Of a stretch of DNA of 64,000 nt, positions 30,061-50,100 are shown piece after piece. A program made the position numbers and the translations under genes. A model generated the notes under the pieces. The model did no database searches. It saw only the letters and a list, made by a program, of their open reading frames with translations, and was not told where the DNA came from. The stretch covers positions 16,306,001-16,370,000 of the forward strand of contig OZ059896.1 of the NCBI GenBank assembly GCA_964057225.1. Direction: 5' to 3'. Each line of letters begins with the position of its first letter. Within the stretch, counting starts at the first letter, position 1. The stretch is from Auanema rhodensis (lineage: Eukaryota > Animalia > Nematoda).

Positions 30061-31871
30061 ATGTATGGCATCATTATTATTATAACTGTTATATCTTTCT
30101 ATGCTGTAGTTCTACTTTTTGGTAATTCTAGGGATTTCATACCAACTGAGTCAATTTTAGATTCGAAAGTTGCAACTCGACTACGTAAGCTTTTTGTAAT
30201 ATTTCTAAACTAAACAACAACTTACATCTTTCCAGAACTAATTAACGAAACAGAGGATTATGACGAATCTGATGTAACTAAGTGTATTCCTCAATACGAT
30301 TTCTATCAAGAGTTCTTTTTAAATAATCGTGCAAATCGTTTATTTGACAAGACGCCATTATTATTGTTAGCAGCATATAAGTACATCGATCATATTGATG
30401 TTTCTATTCAATCAGACGGGTGGTATGGGTATAAGCTTGAATCATCATTTATCACTTCATTCACTGCTTTTTAAGACAATCGGTCTACTGTAGATACTTA
30501 GACTCAGATTTCAAAGAAATTGGTGAGCCACTAGCAACCAAAGTATTCCCAGAATGGTCGGTCAGTTGTTGTTTACGAAGTAAATCAAAGTATATGAGTA
30601 TAACGAAGAATAAACAAGATCCTATTGTTCAATATACGAAAATATTGAATCGTATGCCGAATGGTTTGTTTAAACTCAATATCTTTCTAATTGTATGTAA
30701 TGTATTAACAAGATTCCTTAGTTCAGGTTATAAGTATGAACTATCATTATGTCTGGCTCCAATGTATGGTGAAGAAAGCAAATGGTTGCTATTAGCTGAA
30801 ACAATCGAACATTATAAACTTCAAGGTGTGGAACATTTCTATTTATATATAAAAGATATGGACGAATATTCCAGACGGGTACGATTTTAAAGCTAATATT
30901 TACAACAAAACATTTTTTCTTATTTTCAGCTAGTTGATTCTTATGTAGTTTCGGGTGATGCTGAAGCAATTGTTTTCGAACATCGACAAGATAGAACAGG
31001 AAGAGAATGGCAACTGCTCGGAGTACAGGTAATCTCTTTTTTATAAACTCTTTAAGTCTATTGCCGAAACGTATTGCTATGCCTATCGGTTTGGTTCAGT
31101 GTCTTATTTAATCATAAATGATATGACTATTACAGGATTGCTTACTTCGAAGTCGATATGAATCACGTCATTCTATATTTGCGGACATTGACGAGAGAAT
31201 CACGCCATCAAAAAATGATAATTTACTTCAGATGACAAAGTAAAACAATTACTTTGTTTTTGTTTTTATTCGTGAAAATTCAGAAAGATATTCGCAGATG
31301 AAAAAGTTGGCTTAGCTCAATTCCGACCTCGTTGGATATTCAGGTATCAAGCGGTTCCAAAAGTCTATGAGGTAATTTCAAATACGATTTGGTAAGCTGA
31401 AGCTTAGGTTAAAGGGAGAATCAACCTTGAACAAACACTTACCTACTTTGGTATATCATAACACAACACATTGGCCAGGACCTGGACATACTTCAAAATG
31501 CATTTTGGATCCTTTGAAGGTATCTCCAACCTCATCAAACCAGTTTTTCCACAAGAATGCTTGTAGATTTTCATCATGTGGGTTCATGGACCTATGGCTT
31601 CCTATCCTGGATATACACAATTTGATGTCGATCCACATGACGCAGTTATACGGTATAACAACTAACAGATAACCAGTTTAAATTTTGCTAATTTAGGCAT
31701 TATCGTGATATTGATGCCGGTGATTGGAAGAAGCACTGGATGAAAGGTACATTGGAGTTTGGAAGTTGGACAGAAACTCATTATCCAGAAAAGATTATGC
31801 CTATTCTTCTGAAAAATATTAAAAATCGACTAGATTATACATATAATAAGGAAATTCCATTAGGTGCTTAA
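30061..31871 (+). CDS. Glycosyltransferase family 92 protein (type II membrane); multi-exon
   Basis: N-terminal TM, LSLCLAPMYG...IEHYKLQGVEHFYLY, DCLLRSR...FADIDER (DxD), SKCILDP, RHYR. Confidence 0.88.
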
Positions 31872-32100
31872 ATATGGTTATATGACAGAAAAAGAAATTA
31901 TATAAAAAAAATAAATTATTTACTAATCTATGACTGATCTTTTTCAAATAAAACTGAAATCTACAAATAACATGACTAATCAGAACTAGTTGTTCCCGTA
32001 ATTCTTTTGAGCGAATTTTTAAATCCATTTGAGGGGTATTGCTAAGCAATGTTTTAAATTATGAGAATAGTAGGTGGATAAGTGAACTTTCCCTCTTCAA

Positions 32101-35342
<3,242 letters not shown>

Positions 35343-36028
35343 TTCTCTGAAATTAATAATTATTAAATTTTAAATATAAAGTGAACATAGATTTGAAGAA
35401 ATGCAATGAATATATAATACTTGAAATACAGTGACGGCAGACTGAAAAGATTGTGCATGTTTTAATCGAGTACATTTCGCAACACTATGAGAAATTGCCA
35501 CATTTCATAAACATTTTGAAGCAAGTTTTTGATTTTTATATTTCTGCCCATGTTTTACAAAATTTTTATATTTAGAAGTATATTTAGTTTAATTACTATT
35601 CGTTTTTGACAGACTCACCTACATTTCAATCAAAACATTTTAATAACGAAATATTCTTTGGTTCTACTTTTCATTTATCAAAACTGTTACACTTATTGAA
35701 CGACCACCAAATTACCAAGTTGCAACTACATTCAAATCTTAATTTAAAAATGCGGACTGAACGCTGCCCCAATTATATTTGAACCGCTTTGCGCCGTTCA
35801 AAAATTTGTTTCGCGCGCTCTACCGCGAACATTCGGTGTGAGAATCCAGCGATTATTGTACGAAGGCTCTCGGGGCCGCCTGCTGACCGATTCATAGTGA
35901 TTTGCCCTACCCTCTCCTCTTTTACTTATCTTTTCATTTGCGTTTGGTTTAAGATTTTATGGAATAAGTTTGATGACGTAAAGAGGAAAGATTCATAAAC
36001 GTCTTTTGGACATGGTTTTATCAAATGA

Positions 36029-36773
<745 letters not shown>

Positions 36774-36986
36774 TGATGAGTTTCCGTTTTCCTCCCGATG
36801 TAATATAAACGTTTTATGACTGGATTTTTTTTATGTGTTTGTGCTACTGTGGTTTTTCGCATTGTAATTTATCTGACCACCTGAGTGATAAACTCATTGT
36901 GCAATGAAAACTCTCTTATTCTGGTAGTTTCCATATTTACTTGAAATTAAATCTTGAAACATTCATACTTGATAAAGTTGTAGTTA

Positions 36987-39538
36987 ATGACAGTAAATCT
37001 CACCTACGTTCCTTGTGGGTCGTTTGTGGATTTCGGATTCTGGAGTGAGGTTAATAGAAGGAAATTGAATGAGTGGAAACTGGATGAGACGCCTAAAAGT
37101 CTGAAGGGATTCTTTTCCATTTGTTGGTCTGCAAAATGATACATAAGGGTACTTTACACTTCAGATGATCAGGTTGGAGCAGAATGTAGAGTTACTTTCG
37201 GTCATGAGAGTTTTGATAAAGATGCTCATGGTTTACCTGGCACTTTGAAGCTATTTAATACCATAGAAGCTTTCAAAGCTTTATCCAAAGGGGATTATTT
37301 GAAGTCTGAGGGAATGAAGGTAGGTTTCATTCGAGCATACAATATACAGCTATCATTTGACTAGATTTGGAAAGTTATAACAGATGGCTCTTGGCTTGAA
37401 GATACCTTGACATTGCAAAACTTTTCTTTAACATTATTTGCTGATTTGAAGAAATTTCATTACTACTACTGGCTTTGTACTCCAGCCGTACTGAATTTTC
37501 CCAAGGATTTCAAAGGACAGGTTTGTCTGGTTATCTGGATGTTTTTTATTAATATAATTCTAAGAAAAAACCTTATGAAACTTTGGAGAAAGAAGTACTG
37601 CTCAAATATTTTGAGACAAATTTGCAAAGCGTTTTCCTTGCTGATGAAAAAGGATGCTATCCTATCTCTGTCCTTAAACAAATGCCAAATTTGAATGACA
37701 AAAAGGTGAATTAGGATTATCATTGTGTTACTTTAATTTGTCTATACTTCAGGTAGTATTTGCTGATTCATCTCCAGTTCTTGATCACCCAGGATGGTTC
37801 CTTCGTAATCTTGTAGCTGCCGTTGCTGTTATGAGACCTGACTTAACATCCGCTTCATTTGTATCTTTGAAAGGACATGGCTCACTTCAAGAATATTCAA
37901 TTTCTTGGACTTCTTCTCCTGTATGACACCAACGTTAAATAATTAGATTTATATTTAATATTCTTATAGTTTCCTGAGAATCCTGAATTTACGGGATGGG
38001 AGCCTAATCCTCAAGGAAAAATGGGTCCTCGCGTTGCTGATATGAAAAAACAATTCGATCCCAAAGAGTTTGTTCTTAGTTTGATATCTTCTGTTACATG
38101 ATTTTTCTTTAAAGACTGATGCGACAATCTGTAGGTTTAAACCTTTCATTAATCAAGTGGAGGCTAGTACCAGAGCTAGCATTAGAACGATTCGAAGCTT
38201 TGCGGGTATTATGACTTCAAAGACTTGCGACAACGTATTGTTTTTTGTTTAGGTTCTCATATTTGGAGCTGGAACTCTAGGATGTAACCTTGCAAGGAAT
38301 CTTATGGCGTATAATGTTAAAACCATCACATTCATAGATAACTCAACAGTTAGTTACAGCAATCCTGTGAGGTATGATCTCATTTTGTTCCTAGTCAAAA
38401 TACTTTCTTCCCTTTTTAAGGCAATCCCTTTCAAAATTTGAGGATGCTAAACTCGGTAAAGGAAAAGCTGAAACCGCCGCTAGTGCTTTGAAAGAGATAT
38501 ATCCAACAATGGATGCTCATGCTGTCAACTTAACTGTTCCTATGCCGGGACATACCATTAGTCTTAACCGTAGGCTATTTGATAATATGGTTGTCATTCT
38601 TTCTGTTTTTATAGAGGAAGCCCAGCTAGAAGCTGATATAGCTACGTTGGAGGAACTAGTTTCACAACATGACGTTTTGTTCTTAGCTCTTGACAGTAGA
38701 GAAGCTAGATGGTTACCTACCGTGATTGCAAATAAGTATGGAAAGGTTAGTACATTTTGTCTATGTTACAATATTTAAAATATTCCCTAGATGGCCTATA
38801 GTGTTGCTTTGGGATTTGATACTTACGTTGTGATTCGTCATGGATTATGCATAGAAAAAGAAGCCCATGTATCAGACTCTCCTGACGATGTTTCTCAATT
38901 GTTGCCTGGATCTGTAGTACCATATTCTCAACTGGCTTGCTATTTCTGCAGTGATGTTACTGCTCCTGGCAATTCAACTGGGGATCGGACTTTAGACCAG
39001 CAATGCACTGTAAGTTCATTTGCTCATTTTGCCAATTTCATTATAATTTCTTCAGGTAAGTCGTCCAGGGTTATCACCTGTAGCAGCTGGAGTTGCTGTT
39101 GAGCTTATGGCTTCTGTTCTGCAGCATACAAATCCTGTTAATGCTAGTGCCAATATAGGTAAACTAGTCAAGTTTATGAACTAGTTTAAGATCATACTTC
39201 ATTAAGGCGATCCTGATGATACTTCTTCTCTTCTTGGTGCTACACCTCATCAGATTCGCGGTTTCATGTATAAATTCCAACAAGTATATTCTTTTTCACT
39301 TTCTTGAAACTATACTTCAATATTGTAGATTACACCTTGTGTGAGAAGATTCCAGAAATGCGTAGCATGTGGTGATGCAGTAGCTGCTCGTTATGAGTGT
39401 GACGGTTGGAAGTTTGTAAAAGAAGTAATGAATAGTCCTTCTGAACTGGAGCGGGTCTCCGGGCTAGATTCACTTCAATTGTCTGTAGATGATGTCCAAA
39501 TTGATTTTAGTGATAATGATTCTGTGATGTCATTGTAG
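36987..39538 (+). CDS. atg-7: Autophagy E1-like enzyme ATG7; multi-exon
   Basis: FW...[10 protein letters not shown]-terminus, [44 protein letters not shown] (catalytic Cys), PHQIRGF. Confidence 0.95.
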
Positions 39539-39824
39539 GCGCTTTAATCTACCTCATTTTATAACAAAGAAATCTAAAAATTGATTGCTATGTTTGTTTG
39601 TAAATATTTTCACTAATTATCAAACTATGGGTTTCACATAATGATAGGTTATTAGCATTGGTGTCTAATTATTCCGTTATGTTCATAAAATTGCCAAAAA
39701 TGAATGTTGCCTTAGCGGTTTTTCTTATTTATTTGAAAAACCCATCGAAAGTTCTTGGTTTTTATAACTTTGTTTTTATGAAAGAATTTGCAAATAGCAA
39801 AAATAACTATGTATATTGAGAAAG

Positions 39825-41960
39825 ATGACTACGAAGAATGGCTTTACCTGCATAATTTGTGGTAAAGCATTTGATGTCAAAAGGTATGATCCCCTCCCGA
39901 CGTTTTCAAAATTAGTTACGAGGATTACTAGATATTTGGTGAAGCATGAGAAGCGTATGCATTCTGATACTTCGATTAAGAAGGAGCCTGTTGTTGACTT
40001 GAAATGTTCCATGTGCGGAAAGGTAATCATCCGAGAAAGGGAAGAAACCTAATCATGTTTAGGCTTTTCCCCGTCTTTCACACTTGCAGCGACATCAGTT
40101 GACACATCTTAATATCAGAGAATTCCAATGTCCTTTCTGTAACATGCAATTTGTTCAAAAGGTTTGAAAAAGCATCTTGGATATTACGATTCTCTTTACT
40201 TACAGCCTCACTTAATCAGACATGTCAGTCGTTTTCATGCTTCGGAACAAGCGTCGACAATGAGTAACATCATGTCTACGGCTAGAAAAAACAAGCTGAA
40301 AGGTTAATTATTTGTGTTTGGGCGCACAAAAATAATCCACTACTTAATATAGATCCAAATATAACGAAAAATAGCTGTGAAGCATCTACTTCATCAGACA
40401 CTTCTGCCTTTTGTGGGTCTCTCGTCAAATATTTTCTTTGTTTTCGCTGCGGTCAGTTGTTCGACAACAGATTTGATCTCACACGCCATTTGAAAGTGGG
40501 TTGACAAAGCTCGAAAATGTTCAAAATGAGGAAATACACGAAATTACAGAATACACATAAGCCTCTCGTATGCCATCATTGTAATCTAATCTTTTATGGC
40601 AATGAGTCACTGAAATTACATGAACTTAAAACTCGAAGTGGATTCTATTCATGTCACTGTGGTGCCTCGTTTAATAAAAAAGATACTTTCGAGTAAATAT
40701 TATTAAATTCTTATCTTAGTTTGAAAACTACATTGCTTTATGGTTTCAGTCGACATAAAGATGCTTGTTCTGGCAAAGGGACGTTCATTTGTATGGAATG
40801 CGGTCAGGTGTTTGTTCAGCGTATTCAGGTATTATCCAAATTTTAAGTGAAAAATCAAAGCTTATACTATTTCAAGTTTGATCGACATTATAAGAAAGAA
40901 CACTTCTTGGATTGTCGTTGTCGTCTATGTGATTGGGTAGCAGATTCTCCGGTTATTATGAATAAACACATGAAAGAAGATCACTTGCTAACTGCGTAAA
41001 TAGAAACATTTTTTTGTAGACGATCTTTCAATTTAGGTGTGGCTTTTGTGGAAAGCTCGACCCCGAAAGAAATCATATCTTCACTTACCACTGGAAAAGA
41101 GTCAAAAAACCAATTTCTCTCTCGAAGAAGTAGGCGTTTGAGATTTAGTGTGATACGATGCGATCTTCTCACCACATTTTCAGAGTTCGAGTGCCAGTTG
41201 TCGGAAAAAAAAATTTGAAACTGACGGAAGAGGAAAAAGGTGACATTGCTGGAGAGGAAGCAAGCGAATGCCTATATGATAGCGATGCTGATGTTAAGCC
41301 CAGCATCTTCCACGATGGTTCGTAACTGTTTTTCAACACAAGGAATTGCTCTAAATGTGAGGAAATTATAATAAGATTTTTAGAATCATCCGGGGAAGAA
41401 AAAATATTTTTGAACGAAGGTCAATATGAATTTATTATGCGAAATGCACATTTAGCGTCGAAAAGTACTTCTCAATTTCCGAAATCAGGTTTAGATGGTT
41501 TGAAAATGAAGATTAAGTGAAAGTTCTTGTATAACGCTGTATTATAGTTGATTTGAAGGATCATATGGAATCATTTACTGATACAGATATTTTTGAAAAA
41601 GCTTCTACGAATACATTACAATCAGAAGTTGTTTTGAATGTTGTTGTTTCGGTCCCCGATATGGTAGTTTCGCTACAACTGTAACGAAAATTCATTTTGT
41701 GTACTTCAGGCTGACGAAATCAACTTGGCCGATCGACTTCCTCCAGATTTGCTTGAAGCTTTTCCTGATTTACGATCAGCAGGTGAATTTAGAAAACGTT
41801 TTATATTTGCCCTTCATATGATGAGCACTTTATTTCAGTGATACTAATTGACCACAGCTATCCTCAACAACGATTTCTTAATCTGAACATTCCCTTACTT
41901 CCACCCGCTAGTGATGCTATAGATATAACAAAATGGTTGAATGTTCCCATACATATTTAA
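39825..41960 (+). CDS. Multi-C2H2 zinc-finger protein; multi-exon; start uncertain
   Basis: Repeated CxxC...H..H fingers (CIICGKAF, CSMCGK-AFPRLSHLQRHQLTH, CPFC, CMECGQVF) across short GT-AG introns. Confidence 0.8.
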
Positions 41961-44137
41961 AAATAGAGGTTTTCTAAGGGAAATTTCCTTATTGAGCTCA
42001 TATCAACTTTTCCTAACTGTTTCATAGAATATTCAATGACGATTTCCAGAACCCAATTCCATAAATCACTCTTTTAGATAGCATATTCTCTTTCTATTCC
42101 TCCCTCTCTCTTTCTCTTTCTTTTTCTCTCCTAATCCTCACAACAAGTTCTCTATCTTTCTTTCCAATTTTTGAGCTGAAATTACGCCATCAGGTTAACT
42201 AGTCCGTACTGAATATTGGATTAGAGCACATTAGTAATGGTGCTTCATCAATTCATGACGTTGTTTCAGGCGTCTGTGAGCAATTTTAATAAAAAAGAAA
42301 TAGTTTATAATCTGCAGGAAATTATCCTCTCGTGTATATATTTTACTTTCGTATGTTATCATGTTGTCATTAGTTTTTTTCAGTATAATTAACGCAATTT
42401 TGGTCTTTTAGCCATGATTGATATGATCAACTACATTGCCTATTAATTTGAACCATGTAAGCAAAAGTCATGATTATGTGTTTTAACTTTCATCTTTAAT
42501 TATATGTATTCAAATTTAGATATACATATATATGTGTATATTAATAGAATAGTTATATTGAACAGATTTTCATACTTAAAGGAATATTATAATTATTGAA
42601 GAGAAAATACTATTTTTTAAAATTAATATTTGTTTATTCGCCCTATAATTCAAAAAATTATGCTGTGAATTAAAATAGATTTGTTTGAGAACATTTTGTG
42701 AAGTTCATACTTCTATGTAAATTTTATAATTTTACGAAATATTCATTAATTCTTCGATTAAATTCAAAAGAGAAAGGTTGACTTAATTATGAAAACAAAT
42801 AGAAAGAATATATTCTTAATTTAGCTCGTTAAATTTCTCATAAAATTCCTGTAATGAAAAAAGGGATAAAATAGCTTTTAAGGTCAAATTTTTATGTTTT
42901 ATTTCCGATTTATGGAAATTGCTGACTGGAAGTAGTTAAAAGATATGTTGCAACAACATTTGTTAAATCGTTCAGTATTATAGTTTCTAATAGATGTTTT
43001 GGCACTAGTTTTAAATTTATGAATTGTAAGCTACAAGGTCATATAATAATAATATGACGTTTATTAAAGTTTATTTGAAGAACTTTATATTAATATGAAA
43101 CTTCGGTTATATGTATATCTGCATGATGTCTATTACTATAGCAGTTCCAAGTAAGTACTTCCGTTTCACAAATATTTAAGTCGCTGAGAAGGAGTGCTTG
43201 TACAGACACCAAGCTACAAGTCAGAAATTTGTGAATGTCGTTAGCAACCAATGTTTTTTCAAAGTTCCAAAAGTAAAAAAAGTTAAATGTAAAATACATC
43301 ATATGCTTAGTTATTCAATACCTTTGTGCATCAAGTAGTTTTTTTGATTATGTAAAGTTTTTGATGAATATTTCATGGTTTGTTTTGAAATTTTTTTTTT
43401 GAAATTTTTGAGGAGTTGCCTGAGAAAAAAAGCGAACAAGATGAATTCCACGTAAACGATGTGCGCACACGCAGCTCGTTTTTCAATTTCATAATATGGA
43501 AATGGTAGTCTCATTATTTCTATTGACGTAACCCATTTGTATTGTAGTTTGAATTTAAAGCTTTTCAAATACTACGATATCGCAAAAGCCAAATAGATCA
43601 AATTGGAATGTGAGTCATTATGATAGCAAAAATAGTAATATATTCTATATGATATAGTTGTTATTTGAATCAAATGATTGAGTATTATTGCGTATTATGT
43701 TAATTAATTACTTATTATTATTATTATTTATAATATTATTATTAACAATGATTTTATTCACACGTTTGCAGAAAATGGTAAACACAGACGTTACAAAATG
43801 TTTTTTTTTCAACCAAATAATGATTGAAGTATAGAACTTATGTTTCAAAGAAACTAGAGTTGATAGATACTTTTAAAGATTAAATAAAGAAGAAAAAGTA
43901 ATACGATAGTTGCTTTACTAAATACAATAATATATACTGTAGTCGAGTATCTTTTCCTTCCCTCTTCTAAGAGTTAAAAAATCTTTTTCTTTGTCACAGG
44001 CAAGAGATAGACAGAGAGAGTCAGAGAGAGACAGTGATCAACTGTGAAGGGAGAGTGGGCAAGAGAAATGTGGTGAATAAGACAGTGCGCTTGACGATTG
44101 AGGGTATGTTAGATCTCAGAGACTAAATACGATCTAT

Positions 44138-47100
44138 CTAGCCAAATCGAACAAAGCTTGGCTTTCGTTTATCCATTAACATCATATCTTGATCCAGATT
44201 ACTACTGCTGCGTTTACCAAAGCGTACAAACGAAGGTTTGCGTTTTTCCATTGGTGGATGCTGAAAAATGGAATTTATCATAAGTAATTCAGGAATTATC
44301 TTGCAAATTAAAATGAATTTTTGTAATACATACCTCATAATCGTCCAAATAATTGTCTTGTTGAAGCAAGTATTCACATATCTCGCGGTTTTCAGCCTTC
44401 CTGCACAGCTCTACCAGCCTATCATCGTCCTGAAAACATGAAAAAGTATTTCATATAATTAGAGTCATAAAATAAATATTATAATATAAGCTTTTTGAGA
44501 TTAATAGAGGATTTTTTTTGGATGACAAATCAAACTATAACAAATTTCTTGACTCGTTAATCAAAAAAACTTGTATTTCCGGGCAATCCTCAATTCTATG
44601 ATGTATATTCTATAGATAATATGCTTATTATTATTCCAAAAATAGAATATTATATATAAATCTATGTAATGCTAAATTCTTCGAATAATTATTTCTTTTC
44701 TTAAAAAAAAAACGAAAAAATCCAATTTACTAAGGATATATGTATGTATATATGATAAAGTTTTTAATGGTTGATAGCTTTACTAATAATCTTATGATTA
44801 TAGATGTGACTTTGACATTGACGTTGGTTCATATGCATATATGGAAATGTTTTCGTTTAGTAAAGCTTTGATTTAACATATGAAATATTCAAATTTCAAA
44901 ACATCTTTTCTGAAGCTTTACGTTTGAGCTTCAACTGCTCATCAGAATGAGTTGATCTATACATTATTGAAGAAGTTCAAGTTAACATGACGTTTAAAAA
45001 GAGTTTAAGTTAATGCACCGAGGACAAAGCTTTACATAATCATATGCTGAACCTCAAAACTTAAACAGCATTTCTAATCCCCCTTTCTCTTTCAACAACC
45101 AAGAGTTAAATATTCAGTTAATATATCTTTAAATATATTTTCTTCATATAAACATACATATATACTATCGTCGTAGATGACTAAAAAGAAAATTTATAGT
45201 TAAACTGAAGTTATAGTGATAGCATAACTTTCAATTACTGCATAAAGCAATAATTTTCCTGAAAAATTATAATAAATTTCATATCATTTACAGCCTTGAT
45301 AGACTATGGACATGTATTAGTAATATACCATATAATGCATAAAATGACATCAAAAGTTATGAGTTTAATAAAAATTAGAAGAAATTGAGAGAAAATAAAA
45401 TTATTCCAGAGAGAGAGAGAAAAAAAAATTGGGAGGAAAAGAGAGATAAATAAAAGGAATTTAGTTCAAAGTCTCAAAAAGGAGCGAATATTAACTACGA
45501 GGATACGAATTAATATGAAAAGCTGTTTGCTCTTTTGTCATCGAGTTTTATTACAATACAAACTAACTATTACTTTTGCCACTTTATCGTAAATTAAAAT
45601 TGTTCTTTTCCTTCCTAAAAATGAAAGAATGGAAAAAAGTATTTATGTAGTACATTGATATGAAAGTTGTATATTAAAGTTGAAAAGTTGTTCTAAAACT
45701 ACAAAACATATGGCATATTCATGTATGTTTCAATATGGCATAATAGCTATTACATCTCTGAGCTTGACACAAATTTATATTTTAAACCCCGTCAGGATTG
45801 ATGTGATATGTGACTGTTCTATATAGAGAAGTATTTAAGATTTATTTAAATACATCTAGAATATTAATTCTATTTATATATATTAAAAGCCCAATAAACA
45901 TTCTTATAATAATAATAATAATTATTATTATTATTGTTAGCATAATTAACAATAATTGCAACATAAATAAGCCTATTTATAAACATATTTAAAGCATTTT
46001 ACTCATTCTCAAAAGATATTTAAAACATTGATTTACTAAATACTATTCATATTATATAATGTTATATAAGGAACACTTCAAATTTCATATTTTGTTCATT
46101 GAATTACCAAACTTTGAGCTTTAACTGAACTTCTAAACTATGCTACAAAGGAGTTAGAACATATGCTATTCATGATGGTCATAAGCTTAAGCAAGAAGCA
46201 GAGAAAAGAATTAAAAACATAGTTCAAAGTAGTCTTAAATAGATAAAAAAGATGAATAGAGTCCGGAAGTAATTTAGCAAAAATCCTGTTGAAATTGCCA
46301 TATTGAGAAATTAAATAAAATGGTGATGTTTTGTTAATGTTTGATGTACACACACGAATATGGATGTCGGAAAATTTTCTGTTTGTTGGCTTCATCATAC
46401 TAGCTAATATGCTTCTATTTCTTGAATTTAATCTGATACAAAGAGAAAATTCATGTTTTTCTTCCCCAAAAAAATTAAATTTTTTGACAATTAGTTGAAT
46501 TAAAGTCCAGATCATTCATGCTTCTTTCGTATTTCTCTTCTTTAGTATTGGGAACAGGCAATAGAAAGCGTAGAGACATACTATATGAAATCTATTGTTT
46601 CCAAAATCTCAGATAGATTGAGAAAGAGAGAAAAACGAGGGAAGAAGAGTTGAAGAGATAGAAATGCTTTTTTCAATTAAACTACAAAGAAACAATTTTC
46701 TTGTAGACTTCATACTGAAGATACAACAATTCAACAAGTTCATCGACCTGAATATATGTCTTGTGCAAAAATAGTCTAATTTCGAAGTTTCTTTTTCGGA
46801 AAATTTTTTAAATTTTGAATCAAAAATATATTGTTTGTCTCTTGAGTCATGTAGTTTAAGAAGTTATTTTTTTGACTTTCTTTTTTCATTGGGTAACTCA
46901 AGCATGAAGGACGAATCTCTATTAGTTTTTTTTTTCAAATTTCACTTCTACTTGTCAATTGAAATAGTAAAACTCACGAGAAAATTCAGTGCGGAAATCA
47001 GATTCAAGATCTTTCAGTTCGATAATGGCACATTGTGGGTTGAAATTACTCCATCAAACAGCTTCATGTTTATAGTCACATCATGTCACCAAACGTATTA

Positions 47101-50100
47101 TAAGACGGAGTGAGATAAGAAACAATGAGCATCATGATTGGGTTTCTATTCTATTCGTTGATGTCGACGTCAGATTATCTGATTCTTGTATGCTTTGCAC
47201 CAATCGAAAAAGTCTGTGACTATTGTCTTTAACAATGAAAAATGGTCATTTTCTCAGAATTTCGTTTAATATTCTCAATTAAGAAAAGCAATACGTTATT
47301 CCAGAAATAAATATAAAGACTAAGCTATACGATAATGTGAGCTTTCGAACTTTCAAAAGAAACACTTCAGATGACTTTATGATGAATGTGAGAATGCGTC
47401 AGGTTCATGTCTCTGTTGTCCGTTATTCGGCTTCTTCGTTACGTCACATACCTCTTGGTATTGGCGAAAAAAGAGAAAGACGAGTCAGAGACTGACGATG
47501 TCTTGCTTTCGCTGGATATTTGCCAATTTTGAGATGGTTACTATGTTTATTCTCAGTCGACGATCAGAAGACATCCAATTTAATTTAGGCAATTCGATCG
47601 TAGCTTTCCTTTTGGTTTTCGTTGTTGCATGACATCATTCTATTCAATCGCGGCAATTTGAACAAGTTTTTCCAAATTTACGGTAACTATTCATCAGCGT
47701 AAGCTTAACTAAATGATCTACGAATAATAAGAGTAATAGATCGTAAAGTGGGCGAACGCCAGTAGTTCGAACGAATTCATGAACTTAGATATTGAGCGAA
47801 CGTATAACTAAAGAATAGTTTTTTTGGCTGAGTCTATTCTTTTTGTTCTTTTTAATAGACTTTTCTGAGTTTTCATCCAATGCCTAAGAGTAATGGATCC
47901 ATTGTTAGGACAAACCATCACTTGCTCAGTTTGGGCTTTCATACTGGTACAAAACATCAACCTAGCAAAAGGACTGCTTCTCTTCGTCTTAATGTTGTTT
48001 CTTCCAAATTAGTCCATTAGCAGCTTATACAGCCTTTTCTACGTCGTTTCCTTATACGAGCTCTTCTTCCTTGTTTCGTTAAGGCTCTGAATTGGGATGA
48101 GAAGAGAAGCATTGCGGTGGTGGCTTACATCTCATCCCTCTCTATCTCTCCCTTTGTTCTCACTGAAGCTTTTTATGTCTTTTTCATCACTTCTTCATCA
48201 ACTCTACACGACGTTATCTACTAGTTTTCTCTCTTAAAACAATATACATTTTCCTTTAAGTTAACCTTGGTGAATTTTGAAACGAATAGTAAGACATCGA
48301 AGATCATGTATGATCCACCGATAATGTGTATAAAAGCTTTTCTTCATTGTCTTTGGGGACAAACTTTGGACACATTTTCACAACTCAGAGTTTGACAATT
48401 CAATCTTCACTGTCGTTAAAGATTGTGAATCATAATACGGAGATGAGGAGGTGTCATCGTCAGAATCTGTCGTTTGAGCTGTCGCCTGGATATTCCATTG
48501 AGACAGAGAGTACCCTGCCAGACGTCATGATTTCACAAAAAAAAAAGTTTTTGTATTGCACATGATATTGGATAAGGAAATAAGAAAAGAATAAGAGAAT
48601 AAAATAGGGGAGGAAGAAGGCAACCAGAAAAGGGAGAAAAAGTTGGAAGAGCAGAACGATCAGTTGAGTCAAACAAGTTTCAGCAAGTTTTATGCATATT
48701 CTGTGAGGTTTTCTAGATCGTTTTCAAATAATTAATCAATCATTCCTATTCTCTTGCACGGTCTCAAACGGGTTCTCTTTATCAATTGACAAAGAAAGTA
48801 ATGTGAAGTAACTTGAACAGTACAAACAATTAGGGTTTTGCATCATACGACTCTGATAATTAGATTTTCAGTTTAAGTGTTCGACGGGTAATTACTCCAT
48901 ACCAGATATCCATATCAGTATTTTCCCTTTTACATGTAAATCTTGTGTCCATCATTCAGTTTTTTTTTCTGATTTTAGCTCATCGGATCTTAATTTGTGA
49001 ATATTGAATTGAAATTCCGTGATTTCTGTTCATTAAAACAATGCACATGAAAGACATTTCTCATGTTCTTGTTCGAAAGGAATCCATTTTTTGAAAAATT
49101 GCCTTCATTATGTAAGTGATCTTATATGATTTATCATAATTTTCATGTTCTCCCATGCTTCAAGAAAGGCTACCAATTCTGATGAATCAGAGACCGTGGA
49201 AAAGATAATTAGAGATCAAGTATATCAACATCATCTCCTCACTCTTGATTATCGTCATTTTGAGAATCAAAAAAAAAAGTTTTTCCTGAACTCTATTCAT
49301 CAAAGATTAGTTGTTTCAGTTTTAAGAGCAGTCTATGATTCTTTAGAGATATAGTTCGTTGAAGTTTCTGATAAAAATAAATATTTTTTTTCAAAATATT
49401 CATGTAAGTTCAAAAAGAAAAAAAAATGAAAATAAAAGGATGAAATTAAGAAATCAAAAGATTGTATTGATGACATGCGATCAAAGTTTTATCCGCAAAT
49501 CTTTTTTTCTAATTCGATTGTAATCTAATGTAAACGATATGTTATTTTCGGAAGTGATATAGTAAGAGAAAATTGGTGAAAGAAAAAAAAAGAAATTCAA
49601 TTGTTTCTGGTAGCCAATTCAATTGAAAAACTTTTTTTATGTTTGATGATCGTTTTAGAACTATTTTTGATATTTAAAGTTACAAATTTGTTTCTTTGTT
49701 ATTCTATCAATTATTTTTTTGGCATAAAAAAGAAGTTTGAACAAAACAAATCAACAACAGTTTAGCTCAGGATGAGCTGTTTGCATTATCCTAACGCCTA
49801 CCAACTCCCTCCGCTCCCTTGCTCCCATCCCTCCCATTTCTATTTCTATCTCTTTGAGAAGTTTTTTTTCCCGATGTTGCCGCTTTTGTCTTTCGTTCAA
49901 CAATTTTGAAATTCTACGAAAATATGTGGCCATATTTAGAACCAAGTAACATATGAATTAGAAGATGAAGATGAAAAAGAAGCCAAGTGGTAGACTTTGT
50001 CTGCTATATTTATGAGCTTCATCTTGAAGCTAATTCAAATCCTTACATGCTTAAGCTTCTGACAAGTTTGATTTAATAACATTGACAGGCATATTGTTCA

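Noticed and set aside
47300-48130. Higher-GC stretch inside the flp-9 intron as a possible nested gene or transposon remnant
   Set aside because: No coherent spliced frame, terminal repeats or recognisable motif found by eye
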